In this document: positions 22,924 through 33,582 of the stretch, piece after piece
Numbering within the stretch: position 1 is the first letter of the stretch
How the letters are laid out: each line of letters opens with the position of its first letter
Assembly (NCBI RefSeq): GCF_046105845.1
Contig: NZ_CP151004.1
Direction: 5' to 3' (one strand)
Source of the DNA: Escherichia coli
GTDB lineage: Bacteria; Pseudomonadota; Gammaproteobacteria; Enterobacterales; Enterobacteriaceae
DNA length: 64,000 nucleotides
Notes under the pieces: model-generated
The model's database searches: none
What the model saw: the letters and a program-made list of their open reading frames with translations, nothing else
Told to the model about the DNA's origin: nothing
Position numbers and translations under genes: made by a program

Positions 22924-23700
22924 TTAACGGTACGGATCCATCCAGCGTAAACCGGCTTCCGTGGTGGTTTGGGGTTTATATTCACACCCAACCCAACCGT
23001 TGTAGTCAGAATTTTCAATTACCGTAAAGAGATATTCGTAATTAATTTCTCCGGTTCCCGGTTCGCCGCGATGCGGATTATCGGCAATTTGCAGGTGACC
23101 AATTTTATCCGCCCATTGAGTCATAGTGTTGGTTAATTCACCTTCCATCCGCTGCATGTGATAAATGTCATACTGAATTTTCAAATTGCAGCAACCAACA
23201 TCATCAATCAGTTTCAGCGCCTGCCGAGTTCCGGTGAGATGGAAACCAGGAATATCAAAATGGTTGATAGGTTCAATCAGTAATAAAATATCTTCTTTCA
23301 TCAGCATATTCGCGGCATAACGCAGGTTTTCTACAAGCGTTGTGTGAATCTGTTCACTGCTGAAACCAGCCGGCGTTTTACCAACCAGACAGTTAATTTT
23401 TTTATTACCCAGCGCACGAGCATAACGAATCGCTGCTGCTACGCCATCCCGAAACTCTTCTTCACGACCAGGAATACAAGCAATACCCCGCTCGCCCGCC
23501 GCCCAGTCACCTGCCGGTAAATTGTGCAACGTATGTTCGAGTTTATTACTCGCCAGCACCTGTTTTAATTCTTCAATGTCATAGTCATAAGGGAACATAA
23601 ATTCAACGCCGCGAAAACCACACTGCGCAGCTTTCTCAAAACGGGCGAGAAAATCATATTCACCAAATAACATCGATAAATTAGCAGAGAAACGTAACAT
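22924..23700 (-). CDS. hyi: Hydroxypyruvate isomerase
   Basis: 258-aa ORF, recognised Hyi. Confidence 0.95.
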   Translation of the reverse strand: MLRFSANLSMLFGEYDFLARFEKAAQCGFRGVEFMFPYDYDIEELKQVLASNKLEHTLHNLPAGDWAAGERGIACIPGREEEFRDGVAAAIRYARALGNKKINCLVGKTPAGFSSEQIHTTLVENLRYAANMLMKEDILLLIEPINHFDIPGFHLTGTRQALKLIDDVGCCNLKIQYDIYHMQRMEGELTNTMTQWADKIGHLQIADNPHRGEPGTGEINYEYLFTVIENSDYNGWVGCEYKPQTTTEAGLRWMDPYR

Positions 23701-23712
23701 TATTTATCTCCC

Positions 23713-25494
23713 TTATTCATAGTGCATGAAGCAGGTTTCAGTCGGTGCGTCCACTGCGTTATCGGCGATATCTTCAAATTCCATGACGTTATCCAGTTCG
23801 CTGCCCATCGAAATATTGGTCACACGCTCGAGAATAACTTCCACGACTACCGGTACCCGATATTGCGCCATTAAGGCTTTCGCCTGTTCAAAGGCTGGTG
23901 CAATATCTTCCGGTTTGAAAACGCGAATCGCTTTACAACCTAAACCTTCCGCTACTTTTACGTGGTCGACGCCGTAACCGTTCACTTCACTGGAGTTAAT
24001 ATTTTCGAACGCGAGCTGTACGCAGTAATCCATATCAAACGCGCGCTGCGACTGGCGAATCAGCCCCAGATAGGCGTTATTGACCAGTACATGGATGTAC
24101 GGAATGTTGAACTGTGCGCCAACGGCTAATTCTTCAATCAGGAACTGGAAGTCGAAGTCACCGGAAATCGCCACCACATTGCGCTCTGGATCAGCGGCAC
24201 ACACGCCCAGCGCCGCCGGAATGGTCCAGCCCAACGGGCCTGCCTGCCCACAGTTGATCCAGTGGCGGTCTTTAAAGACATGCAGCATTTGTGCCGCAGC
24301 GATTTGTGACAGACCAATGGTGGTGACATAACAAACATCGCGACCAAAGGCTTTGTTCATCTCTTCATACACGCGCTGCGGTTTCACCGGCACATTGTCG
24401 AAGTGGGTTTTGCGCAGCAAAGTGCGTTTGCGCTGCTGGCAGTCGGCGACCCATTCTTTACGACACGGCAGACGACCCGCTTTTTGCATCTCCTGCGCCA
24501 CTTCAACCAGCAGTGTCAGCGCCGCTTTAGCATCAGAGACAATGCCGAGATCCGGACACAGCACGCGGCCAATTTGCGTCGGCTCAATATCGATATGAAC
24601 GATTTTGCGCCCTTCGGTGTATTTCTCTACCGAACCGGTATGACGGTTCGCAAAACGGTTACCGATACCAAACACCATGTCGGACGCCAGTAGCGTTGCG
24701 TTACCGTAACGATGCGCGGTTTGCAGACCCACCATCCCGGCCATCAGTTCGTGGTCATCCGGGATACAGCCCCAGCCCATCAGCGTTGGGATCACCGGAA
24801 CGCTGGTCAGTTCAGCAAACTGTTGTAGCAGTGCAGCTGCGTCAGCATTGATTACCCCGCCCCCGGCAACAATCACCGGACGTTCGGCCTGAATTAACAT
24901 TTCTACCGCTTTTTCGATCTGCATACGGCTGGCAGCAGGTTTGTAGACCGGCAGCGGTTCGTACATGTCAGGATCAAACTCGATTTCCGCAACCTGAACG
25001 TCGAACGGTAAATCCACCAGTACCGGACCCGGACGACCAGAACGCATCAGGTGAAACGCCTGTTGCAGCACGCGAGGCACCAGCGCCGCTTCACGAACTG
25101 TAACCGCCATTTTGCTGACCGGTTTAGCAATTGCTTCAATATCTACGGCCTGAAAATCTTCTTTATGCAGACGGGCGCGCGGTGCCTGGCCGGTAATGCA
25201 CAGAATAGGAATGGAATCAGCAGAAGCGGAATAGAGCGCGGTGATCATGTCCGTGCCCGCAGGACCGGAAGTCCCCAGACATACGCCGATATTCCCTGCC
25301 GTTGCGCGGGTATAACCTTCCGCCATGTGCGAAGCACCTTCCACATGACGCGCCAGAATGTGACGAATACCGCCGTGCTTACGCATCGCTGAGTAGAACG
25401 GATTGATTGCAGCTCCCGGAACGCCGAAGGCGGTGGTGATACCTTCTTTCTCCAGCACATACATTGCCGCGTCAACGGCTCTCATTTTTGCCAT
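23713..25494 (-). CDS. gcl: Glyoxylate carboligase (ThDP-dependent)
   Basis: ORF 23713..25584; ATG at 25494 gives the 593-aa form [34 protein letters not shown]... Confidence 0.96.
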   Translation of the reverse strand: MAKMRAVDAAMYVLEKEGITTAFGVPGAAINPFYSAMRKHGGIRHILARHVEGASHMAEGYTRATAGNIGVCLGTSGPAGTDMITALYSASADSIPILCITGQAPRARLHKEDFQAVDIEAIAKPVSKMAVTVREAALVPRVLQQAFHLMRSGRPGPVLVDLPFDVQVAEIEFDPDMYEPLPVYKPAASRMQIEKAVEMLIQAERPVIVAGGGVINADAAALLQQFAELTSVPVIPTLMGWGCIPDDHELMAGMVGLQTAHRYGNATLLASDMVFGIGNRFANRHTGSVEKYTEGRKIVHIDIEPTQIGRVLCPDLGIVSDAKAALTLLVEVAQEMQKAGRLPCRKEWVADCQQRKRTLLRKTHFDNVPVKPQRVYEEMNKAFGRDVCYVTTIGLSQIAAAQMLHVFKDRHWINCGQAGPLGWTIPAALGVCAADPERNVVAISGDFDFQFLIEELAVGAQFNIPYIHVLVNNAYLGLIRQSQRAFDMDYCVQLAFENINSSEVNGYGVDHVKVAEGLGCKAIRVFKPEDIAPAFEQAKALMAQYRVPVVVEVILERVTNISMGSELDNVMEFEDIADNAVDAPTETCFMHYE

Positions 25495-25505
25495 TTTATT
25501 CCTAC

Positions 25506-25522
25506 CTCTATTAATTGGAAAA
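25506..25522. promoter_or_regulatory. Candidate AllR operator in the gcl promoter region
   Basis: Perfect 17-bp palindrome ttggaaaaattttccaa just upstream of the gcl start; a near-identical palindrome sits in the allS-allA intergenic region. Confidence 0.6.
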
Positions 25523-25536
25523 ATTTTCCAACTTTC

Positions 25537-25562
25537 AAATTTTGTCAAAAAACCCCGCTCCG
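25537..25562 (-). terminator. Probable terminator after allR
   Basis: Minus-strand hairpin cccgct/agcggg with 6-nt loop, followed by a U-run. Confidence 0.5.
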
Positions 25563-25583
25563 CAGAGCGGGATGCGACAGACA

Positions 25584-26399
25584 CTATGGATGTGCTTTCA
25601 GTCCCAACGCCGTGCTGATATCGCGGGCGGTGTCTCTGACCAGCTCACCCTGACTGACAAAACGATCTTCTGTCAGTCTTGATGAAGGCCCGGAGATGGA
25701 GATAGCGGCAACAACGCTACCTACATCATCGTAAATTGCTGAAGCTATGCAATTCAGACCGACAACATGCTCTTCTTTATCTACGGTATAGCCCAGTTCA
25801 CGCGCTTGTTCCAGGTCCTTCAGCAAGGTGGGCATATCCACAAGCGTCGTTGGCGTAAACTGCTGCAAACCGGTTTGCAGAATGATGCTCATCAACTCCT
25901 CTTCCGCCAGCGGATAAAGCAGCGCCTTGCCCGCACCGGAAGCATGCAGCGGCAGACGACTGCCCAGCGGCGCACACATCCTGACCATCGATTTACACTC
26001 CAACTGACCAATTAATACTGCTTCATTGCCGTTACGAATCGCGACATTGACCGTTTCGCCGGAAAGTAACATCAGGCGGCGCATAAACGGCCCGGCGACG
26101 GAGAGGACATCGCGGTTATGGATGTACGCCGCACCGACGTTAAAAACACCTAATCCTATATGCCACCAGCCTAACTGACTGTCCTGGTAGACAAAATCCG
26201 CTGCCTGTAAAACCTTCAGCAAGCGAAAGGTCGTGGAGAGCGGCAAATCCAGATTGAGAGAAATATCGCTAACCGACGAACTCCCCCCACTTTTTTCCAG
26301 ATATTGCAGAATCGCAATTCCCCGCTCTAACGCCTGTGCGCCCTTCTGTGCCACAGGCTCCGCCTGTCCTGGCCTGCCGCGCCGTCTAACTTCCGTCAT
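25584..26399 (-). CDS. allR: IclR-family repressor of allantoin/glyoxylate genes
   Basis: 271-aa ORF, recognised AllR ([32 protein letters not shown]...). Confidence 0.95.
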
Positions 26400-26454
26400 A
26401 CCTACGTTAACTCCGACCTACAAGTGAGCATAAACAATGAACAATTAGTTTATC

Positions 26455-26859
26455 TTATGCAAGTCGGTTGCAGGCGAAAAGTGGGTGATGCCAGACGTTA
26501 CGATGGTAATTCACTCCCTGTTCGCCGTTGGTAATAAACGCCCGCAGAGTTGACAGGTCTGGTTTGTCGTCACCTAACGCCACGACCACCACAAACACTT
26601 CACCTTTCATCGGGATAAAGGCCTGAGTACCCAGCGGATGACGTTCGAGTTCGTGAATGGTCAGCGGCAGATTCGCCGGTTGCGCGCGGTTAATGCTGAT
26701 AAGCGTACGGTCTTGCTCAAGAATCTCAACCAGCGCCAAATCGTGGTAACGCTCCACCAGGCCATTGTTAATATGGAAAAAATCCCGTTGCTGCGTTTCG
26801 ATTACATCGCCATAAGCACTAAAGGCTTCCTGACTTAACGGTAATACCTGAAGTTTCAT
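26455..26859 (-). CDS. allA: Ureidoglycolate lyase, apparently C-terminally shortened
   Basis: 134-aa [31 protein letters not shown]... ending ...[11 protein letters not shown], stop 55 bp upstream of allR start. Start at 26859 is bounded by an in-frame TGA upstream. Confidence 0.8.
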   Translation of the reverse strand: MKLQVLPLSQEAFSAYGDVIETQQRDFFHINNGLVERYHDLALVEILEQDRTLISINRAQPANLPLTIHELERHPLGTQAFIPMKGEVFVVVVALGDDKPDLSTLRAFITNGEQGVNYHRNVWHHPLFACNRLA

Positions 26860-26964
26860 CTTTTTGTCCTTGTAACATAATTCCGTTCAACCACCGCCGA
26901 CCGGTCAGCTTGGTTTCAATAACAGGCAATCTAAAACCTTAAGAGAACAACATCAACACAAAAG

Positions 26965-26981
26965 TTGGAATATTTTTCCAA
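26965..26981. promoter_or_regulatory. Candidate AllR operator in the allS-allA divergent promoter region
   Basis: 17-bp palindrome ttggaatatttttccaa, near-identical to the one upstream of gcl. Confidence 0.6.
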
Positions 26982-27088
26982 AACTAGATTTAGTCCACAA
27001 ATTGAACAGGGTTATCATGTAAAAATACTGATAAATCAGAGGATAAGAAAATCACGCAACTTGCGGATTTAAAAGGGGATACCTGAAG

Positions 27089-28015
27089 ATGTTCGATCCA
27101 GAAACCTTGCGGACTTTCATTGCGGTTGCTGAAACAGGAAGTTTTTCAAAAGCGGCAGAACGATTATGTAAAACCACGGCGACAATCAGTTATCGCATTA
27201 AACTTCTGGAAGAGAATACCGGAGTGGCGCTGTTTTTCCGCACGACTCGCAGCGTGACGTTGACAGCGGCTGGCGAGCATCTACTTTCTCAGGCCAGAGA
27301 CTGGCTGAGCTGGCTGGAAAGTATGCCAAGCGAGCTGCAACAGGTGAATGATGGCGTGGAACGCCAGGTGAATATTGTCATCAACAACCTGCTCTATAAT
27401 CCCCAGGCCGTCGCCCAGTTGCTGGCGTGGCTGAATGAGCGTTACCCCTTTACCCAGTTTCACATCTCCCGACAAATCTATATGGGCGTCTGGGACTCGC
27501 TATTGTACGAAGGTTTTTCGCTGGCTATCGGCGTCACGGGAACTGAGGCGCTGGCAAATACCTTTAGTCTTGATCCCTTAGGATCGGTGCAATGGCGCTT
27601 TGTCATGGCGGCGGATCATCCGCTGGCGAACGTTGAAGAGCCGCTAACAGAAGCTCAGTTGCGTCGCTTTCCGGCGGTCAATATTGAAGACAGCGCCCGC
27701 ACCTTAACCAAACGCGTCGCCTGGCGATTGCCAGGGCAAAAAGAGATTATTGTTCCTGATATGGAAACGAAAATCGCCGCCCATCTGGCGGGCGTTGGCA
27801 TTGGTTTTTTGCCAAAATCACTTTGCCAGTCAATGATCGATAATCAACAACTGGTCAGCCGGGTAATCCCAACGATGCGCCCTCCTTCGCCATTGAGTCT
27901 GGCATGGCGCAAATTTGGCAGCGGCAAAGCGGTAGAAGATATTGTGACCTTGTTTACCCAACGCAGGCCGGAAATCAGCGGATTTTTAGAAATTTTCGGC
28001 AACCCACGCAGTTAA
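27089..28015 (+). CDS. allS: LysR-family activator of allantoin catabolism
   Basis: 308-aa ORF with N-terminal HTH; recognised AllS. Confidence 0.93.
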
Positions 28016-28068
28016 AAATCAAGTTTCCTTGCGCGTTGGCGCGTAAAATAGCGCGCAAGCTGATTTGA

Positions 28069-29178
<1,110 letters not shown>

Positions 29179-29241
29179 TGGGCGGTATTCTGAAACGGCG
29201 ATTGTCGTGAGAACAGAATGGTTGCACCAGAATACAGATAT

Positions 29242-29271
29242 AAAAAAACCGACATGACAGTCGGTTTTTTT
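29242..29271. terminator. Bidirectional intrinsic terminator
   Basis: Perfect 12-bp stem aaaaaaaccgac / gtcggttttttt with 6-nt loop; a U-run follows in either reading direction. Lies after selU (+) and at the predicted 3' end of the antisense sRNA (-). Confidence 0.6.
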
Positions 29272-29329
29272 ATTTTTTCCGCCCAAAACTTGGTGGTTCC
29301 GGGCAGAAATGAAACAGTCCTCATCTAGC
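29242..29329 (-). ncRNA. Candidate antitoxin sRNA of a type I toxin-antitoxin module
   Basis: Minus-strand promoter -35 TTGAAT (29364..29359), 17-bp spacer, -10 TATAAT (29341..29336); predicted start ~29329; terminator 29242..29271. Its 5' end is the reverse complement of 29315..29330, a 16-nt direct repeat of 29503..29518 in the toxin 5' UTR, so it can pair with the toxin mRNA in trans. Confidence 0.4.
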
Positions 29330-29335
29330 AAGTGA

Positions 29336-29364
29336 ATTATAAGTCAGGATGCCTACATATTCAA
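29336..29364 (-). promoter_or_regulatory. Near-consensus sigma70 promoter for the candidate antisense sRNA
   Basis: TTGAAT-17 bp-TATAAT read on the minus strand. Confidence 0.45.
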
Positions 29365-29589
29365 ACAGCTATGTTGGCGATACAATCCCGACGCTAGTAG
29401 TGATACTGCCTCAAGGGATTACCGCAGTGCGGAAAAGTACTTTTAAGTCCTGGTCAGGATACAGGTGGTGCTGATTCTGGTGCTCTAATTTGGAGAGAGG
29501 CAGTCCTCATCTAGCACATGAAGAAAATCATAGTTACAGGCAACGTAAGGGTAAGCTGTGATTGTCTTTCTCCCTTAAGGGAGCAACGG

Positions 29590-29673
29590 ATGAAAACTTT
29601 TCTCGATAAAGTTCTCATCATTCTTAAGGCGCTAATCGCGCTGCTGGAACTGATCCGTCAGTTTATTGAATAA
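29590..29673 (+). CDS. Candidate type I toxin: 27-aa hydrophobic membrane peptide (DinQ/TisB-like)
   Basis: atg...taa encoding MKTFLDKVLIILKALIALLELIRQFIE; SD-like aggga 7-9 nt upstream; single predicted TM helix; the ALIALLELIR stretch matches my recollection of E. coli DinQ. Too short to appear in the ORF track. Confidence 0.5.
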   Translation: MKTFLDKVLIILKALIALLELIRQFIE

Positions 29674-29690
29674 CTGAGGAAACGTAGCTA

Positions 29691-29745
29691 AGGCCGAAGG
29701 TTTACCACCTTCGGCCTTTAAAAAAACCGACATGACAGTTGGTTT
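29691..29745 (+). terminator. Tandem terminator-like hairpins after the toxin ORF
   Basis: GC hairpin aggccgaagg / ccttcggcct, then a degenerate second copy of the aaaaaaaccgac-atgaca-gttgg element with a T-rich tail. Confidence 0.4.
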
Positions 29746-29776
29746 CATATTTATTGCCAAAATGCACACTGTTCAT

Positions 29777-29875
29777 GCCAGATGCGGCGTAAACGCCTTA
29801 TCCGGCCTACACAATCTTGCAAAATCAATATATTGCACGATCCTCGTAGGCCTGATAAGCGTAGCGCATCAGGCA
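29777..29875. repeat. REP/BIME palindromic elements
   Basis: gccagatgcggcgtaaacgccttatccggcctac ... cgtaggcctgataagcgtagcgcatcaggc, inverted REP pair next to the ybbP stop. Confidence 0.6.
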
Positions 29876-29890
29876 ATCTAACGCCTGTCA

Positions 29891-32305
29891 TCATCCCGCA
29901 AACTGCCTGAACAGCGCCTTACCCTTAACCAGTCGCGCACCCAGCCAGCCGCCGAAAAGCGACAGCAGCAGTGCACCGCTGCACGGCAGCACAATCCACA
30001 ATCGCCAGTCTGGCTCCCACGGAAAATCAAACACTTTCGCCTGCAACACTGCCAGCGCCGTTTCCGCACCAATTGCGGCTACCAGGCCAGAAACAAACCC
30101 AAGCATGGCGAACTCACACCACAATGTCGTGCGCAGCAGCTTTTTCCCCGCACCGAGTGTGCGCCACACCACCAGCTCCTGATGACGCTGACGCATTCCC
30201 ACCTGCACCTGTGCCAGCAACAGCAACATACCGCAGGCGGTGACCAGCACCACCATCACCTCCAGCGCCCGACTTACCTGCTCCAGCACCTGACCGACCT
30301 GTTTTAAAATCGCGCCAATGTCTAACAGGCTAATGGTAGGGAACTGGCGGTTGAGTTGCGTCAACATGCCGTTGCCATTCTCCCAGCGGAAACTGGTAAG
30401 CCAGCTCTGCGGTTGCCCGTCTAATGCCCCTTCAGGGAAAATAAAATAGAAATTAGGCCGCAGACTTTCCCAGTCCACTTTGCGCAGGCTGGTCACTTTA
30501 GCGCGGAACTCCTGGGTATCGCCCATAAAAGTCACGGTATCACCGAGGGCAACGTTTAAGCGTTTCGCCAGCCCCTCTTCCATCGACACTTCATCGGCTT
30601 TTGGCGGCCAGTTACCGGCGACAATCGGATTATGATCGGGCCGCGTATTTTGCCAGGTAAGATTAAGTTCGCGATTGAGCGCCTCATCTTCATTGCCTTC
30701 TGTCGGCTTGCCGTTAATCGCCGTCAGTCTCGCCCGCACCACCGGATAAAATGATTCCGGGACTATCTGATGTTCCGCGAGGAACGCTTTTAGCGGTGCT
30801 ACCTGTTCTGTGGCGATGTTGATTAAAAAGTAGTTCGGGCTTTCTGGCGGTAGCTGCTGCTGCCAGCGGTCAAGCAGATCGCCACGCAGCACCAGCAGCA
30901 GTGCCAACAGCATAAAGGAGAGCGAAAATGCCGAAAGCTGGCTTAACGTTGACCACGGCTGACGTAACAGGCGGCTAACCGCCAGGCGCAGAGGTAGCGA
31001 TTTCAGCGTCATGCGGCGAAGTACATTCAGCAGCATCCAGCCCAGCACACCGCACAGCAAAGCCAGTACTACCGCGCCCGCCAGCACCGCCCAGAGCAGC
31101 ATACTGCCGCCCATTAATCCGGCGAGCAGCAGCACAACCACCACACTGACAATCGGCAGATAAAACTTGAGCGGCCAGACGTTCGCGACCACATCATTAC
31201 GCAATACGCGTAAAGGCTGCGTTGCCAGCAACAAGCGGTACGGTCGTAGCCCCACCAGCAGCGAGATGACCGTCATGGTGCCCAGCGCCCACAACCACGG
31301 CCAGAGGCTGGCTGGCGGTAGTGCAGCAGGCAGAACGGGCTTGAGCAGCACCATCAACACGTTTTCGAACAACAGGCCTATCGCCCCGCCGGTAACGGCT
31401 GAAAGCGTCAGCACCATCAACCACTGACCGACGATTAGCTTACGCAGTTGCGCTCGCCCTGCCCCCAGCGTTTTGAGGATCGCCACAAGATCGTAGCGAC
31501 TGCGACAGTAATGATTCATCGCCACCGCCACCGCTGCCACTGCCAGCAGCAAGGTCAGAAGCGCCGAAAGCAGCAGGAACTGTTGCGAGCGTTCCATCGA
31601 GCGCCCCAGCGCGCCTTCGTCCTGTTCCAGACCGTACCAGCGTTGTTCGGGTTTAAGCTGGGGTAACAACCATTTCTCATAGCCGTCGAGCTGGTTCTCG
31701 TTGCCGCCGAATTTATAGCGCCAGGTGACCCGACTTCCCGGCTGCACGGCTCCGGTTTTATCGACATCCGCCAGATTCATCATCAGACGCGGAGCCATCT
31801 GGAAGGGGTTAAAACCGGAATCCGGTTCCTGAATCACTTCTCCGGCAATCCGCAAGGTGGCATCACCCACGTCGATGGTGTCGCCTGTTTTCAGGTTAAG
31901 CAGTGCCATCAGGCGTGGGGCCAGCAATACGCTGCCCGCCTGCGGTTTCAGGCCAGGGGGATTAGTTTGCAGATCGCCATACATCGGGTAGATATCATCC
32001 ACCGCTTTGACGTTCGCCAGCTGCGGTGTGTCGCCTGCAAATGTCATGGTGGCGAAAGTCAGCTGCTTGCCGACTTTCAGGCCGCGCTTTTGCGCTTCCT
32101 CCAGCCACGCTTGCGGCACTTCGCGCGAACTGCGCAACGCCCGATCGCCCGCCATAAACTCCCGGCTTTGCTGGCTTAAGCCCTTCTCCATGCGATCGCT
32201 GATATTGCCCAGCGCCAGCACGCAGGCCACCGCCAGGCTTAGCGCCAGCCAGACAATTAATAGCGACGGCGAGCGCCATTCGCGCCAGAACCAACGTGCA
32301 ATCAT
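29891..32305 (-). CDS. ybbP: FtsX-like ABC transporter permease
   Basis: 804-aa multi-TM ORF, overlaps ybbA stop by 4 bp. Confidence 0.93.
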   Translation of the reverse strand: MIARWFWREWRSPSLLIVWLALSLAVACVLALGNISDRMEKGLSQQSREFMAGDRALRSSREVPQAWLEEAQKRGLKVGKQLTFATMTFAGDTPQLANVKAVDDIYPMYGDLQTNPPGLKPQAGSVLLAPRLMALLNLKTGDTIDVGDATLRIAGEVIQEPDSGFNPFQMAPRLMMNLADVDKTGAVQPGSRVTWRYKFGGNENQLDGYEKWLLPQLKPEQRWYGLEQDEGALGRSMERSQQFLLLSALLTLLLAVAAVAVAMNHYCRSRYDLVAILKTLGAGRAQLRKLIVGQWLMVLTLSAVTGGAIGLLFENVLMVLLKPVLPAALPPASLWPWLWALGTMTVISLLVGLRPYRLLLATQPLRVLRNDVVANVWPLKFYLPIVSVVVVLLLAGLMGGSMLLWAVLAGAVVLALLCGVLGWMLLNVLRRMTLKSLPLRLAVSRLLRQPWSTLSQLSAFSLSFMLLALLLVLRGDLLDRWQQQLPPESPNYFLINIATEQVAPLKAFLAEHQIVPESFYPVVRARLTAINGKPTEGNEDEALNRELNLTWQNTRPDHNPIVAGNWPPKADEVSMEEGLAKRLNVALGDTVTFMGDTQEFRAKVTSLRKVDWESLRPNFYFIFPEGALDGQPQSWLTSFRWENGNGMLTQLNRQFPTISLLDIGAILKQVGQVLEQVSRALEVMVVLVTACGMLLLLAQVQVGMRQRHQELVVWRTLGAGKKLLRTTLWCEFAMLGFVSGLVAAIGAETALAVLQAKVFDFPWEPDWRLWIVLPCSGALLLSLFGGWLGARLVKGKALFRQFAG

Positions 32306-32988
32306 GCTTCCTCCTGCAACTGCCCGTTCATCAGCCGTAAGCAGCGGTCGCAGCGTGCCGCCAGTTGCAGGTCGTGGGTCACCATAATCAACGTGGTGCC
32401 ATGTTCACGGTTGAGGGAAAACAGCAGGTCGGCAATTTTATCGCCCGTCTGGCGGTCAAGGTTGCCGGTGGGTTCGTCGGCAAACAGCACATCAGGTCGA
32501 CCATTAAAGGCTCGCGCCAGCGCCACTCGTTGCTGTTCGCCGCCGGAAAGCTGTGCCGGAAGATGATCAAGACGTTTACCCAGACCTAACTGTTCGAGCA
32601 ACGCTTTCGCTCCGTTACGACTTTCCGCGCTACTCTCACCGCGCAGCAGCGCCGGAAGCTCGACGTTTTCCAGCGCGTTAAGGGTAGGAATTAACATAAA
32701 TGACTGAAAAACAAAGCCGACGTGCTTCGCGCGCAACTTTGCCCGCGCTTCTTCGTCCATATTATGTAGCGGTTGTCCCACCAGACTCACTTCGCCACTG
32801 CTGCCGTCATCCAGCCCGGCGAGGATCGCCAGCAAAGTTGACTTACCCGATCCCGACTCGCCCACCAGTGCGATGGTCTCGCCACGTTTGACAACCAGCT
32901 CAACTCCGGTGAGGATGGAGAGTTCATGCTCCCCCTGACCGACGGACTTCTTAAGATGATGAACTTCAACAATGTTTTCCGCTGGCAT
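32302..32988 (-). CDS. ybbA: ABC transporter ATP-binding protein
   Basis: 228-aa ORF with Walker A GESGSGKST, signature LSGGEQQR, Walker B LFADEPTGNLD. Confidence 0.93.
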   Translation of the reverse strand: MPAENIVEVHHLKKSVGQGEHELSILTGVELVVKRGETIALVGESGSGKSTLLAILAGLDDGSSGEVSLVGQPLHNMDEEARAKLRAKHVGFVFQSFMLIPTLNALENVELPALLRGESSAESRNGAKALLEQLGLGKRLDHLPAQLSGGEQQRVALARAFNGRPDVLFADEPTGNLDRQTGDKIADLLFSLNREHGTTLIMVTHDLQLAARCDRCLRLMNGQLQEEA

Positions 32989-33582
32989 TTGCCCTTCCTG
33001 TTCCTGGTCCTGTTAACCTTCCGTGCCGCCGCAGCGGACACGTTATTGATTCTGGGTGATAGCCTGAGCGCCGGGTATCGAATGTCTGCCAGCGCGGCCT
33101 GGCCTGCCTTGTTGAATGATAAGTGGCAGAGTAAAACGTCGGTAGTCAATGCCAGCATCAGCGGCGACACCTCGCAACAAGGGCTGGCGCGCCTTCCGGC
33201 TCTGCTGAAACAGCATCAGCCGCGTTGGGTACTGGTTGAACTGGGCGGCAATGACGGTTTGCGTGGTTTTCAGCCACAGCAAACCGAGCAAACGCTGCGC
33301 CAGATTTTGCAGGATGTCAAAGCCGCCAACGCTGAACCATTGTTAATGCAAATACGTCTGCCTGCAAACTATGGTCGCCGTTATAATGAAGCCTTTAGCG
33401 CCATTTACCCCAAACTCGCCAAAGAGTTTGATGTTCCGCTGCTGCCCTTTTTTATGGAAGAGGTCTACCTCAAGCCACAATGGATGCAGGATGACGGTAT
33501 TCATCCCAACCGCGACGCCCAGCCGTTTATTGCCGACTGGATGGCGAAGCAGTTGCAGCCCTTAGTAAATCATGACTCATAA
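32956..33582 (+). CDS. tesA: Acyl-CoA thioesterase I / lysophospholipase L1 (SGNH hydrolase)
   Basis: ORF 32926..33582; ATG at 32956 gives the 208-aa form MMNFNNVFRW... with GDSLS motif. Its 5' end overlaps the divergent ybbA start by 33 bp. Confidence 0.93.
   Translation: MMNFNNVFRWHLPFLFLVLLTFRAAAADTLLILGDSLSAGYRMSASAAWPALLNDKWQSKTSVVNASISGDTSQQGLARLPALLKQHQPRWVLVELGGNDGLRGFQPQQTEQTLRQILQDVKAANAEPLLMQIRLPANYGRRYNEAFSAIYPKLAKEFDVPLLPFFMEEVYLKPQWMQDDGIHPNRDAQPFIADWMAKQLQPLVNHDS

Noticed and set aside
25495-25584. N-terminal extensions in ORF-track entries (gcl 623 aa; also purE 193 aa, ybcJ 88 aa, tesA 218 aa, cnoX 296 aa, fetB 268 aa)
   Set aside because: Internal ATG starts reproduce the protein N-termini I recognise; for gcl the extension would overlap the allR stop and the operator palindrome.
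29351-29405. Short plus-strand ORF atgcctacatattcaaacagctatgttggcgatacaatcccgacgctagtagtga inside the first repeat copy
   Set aside because: Not hydrophobic, no RBS, and overlaps the predicted antisense sRNA promoter; unlikely to be a second toxin copy.
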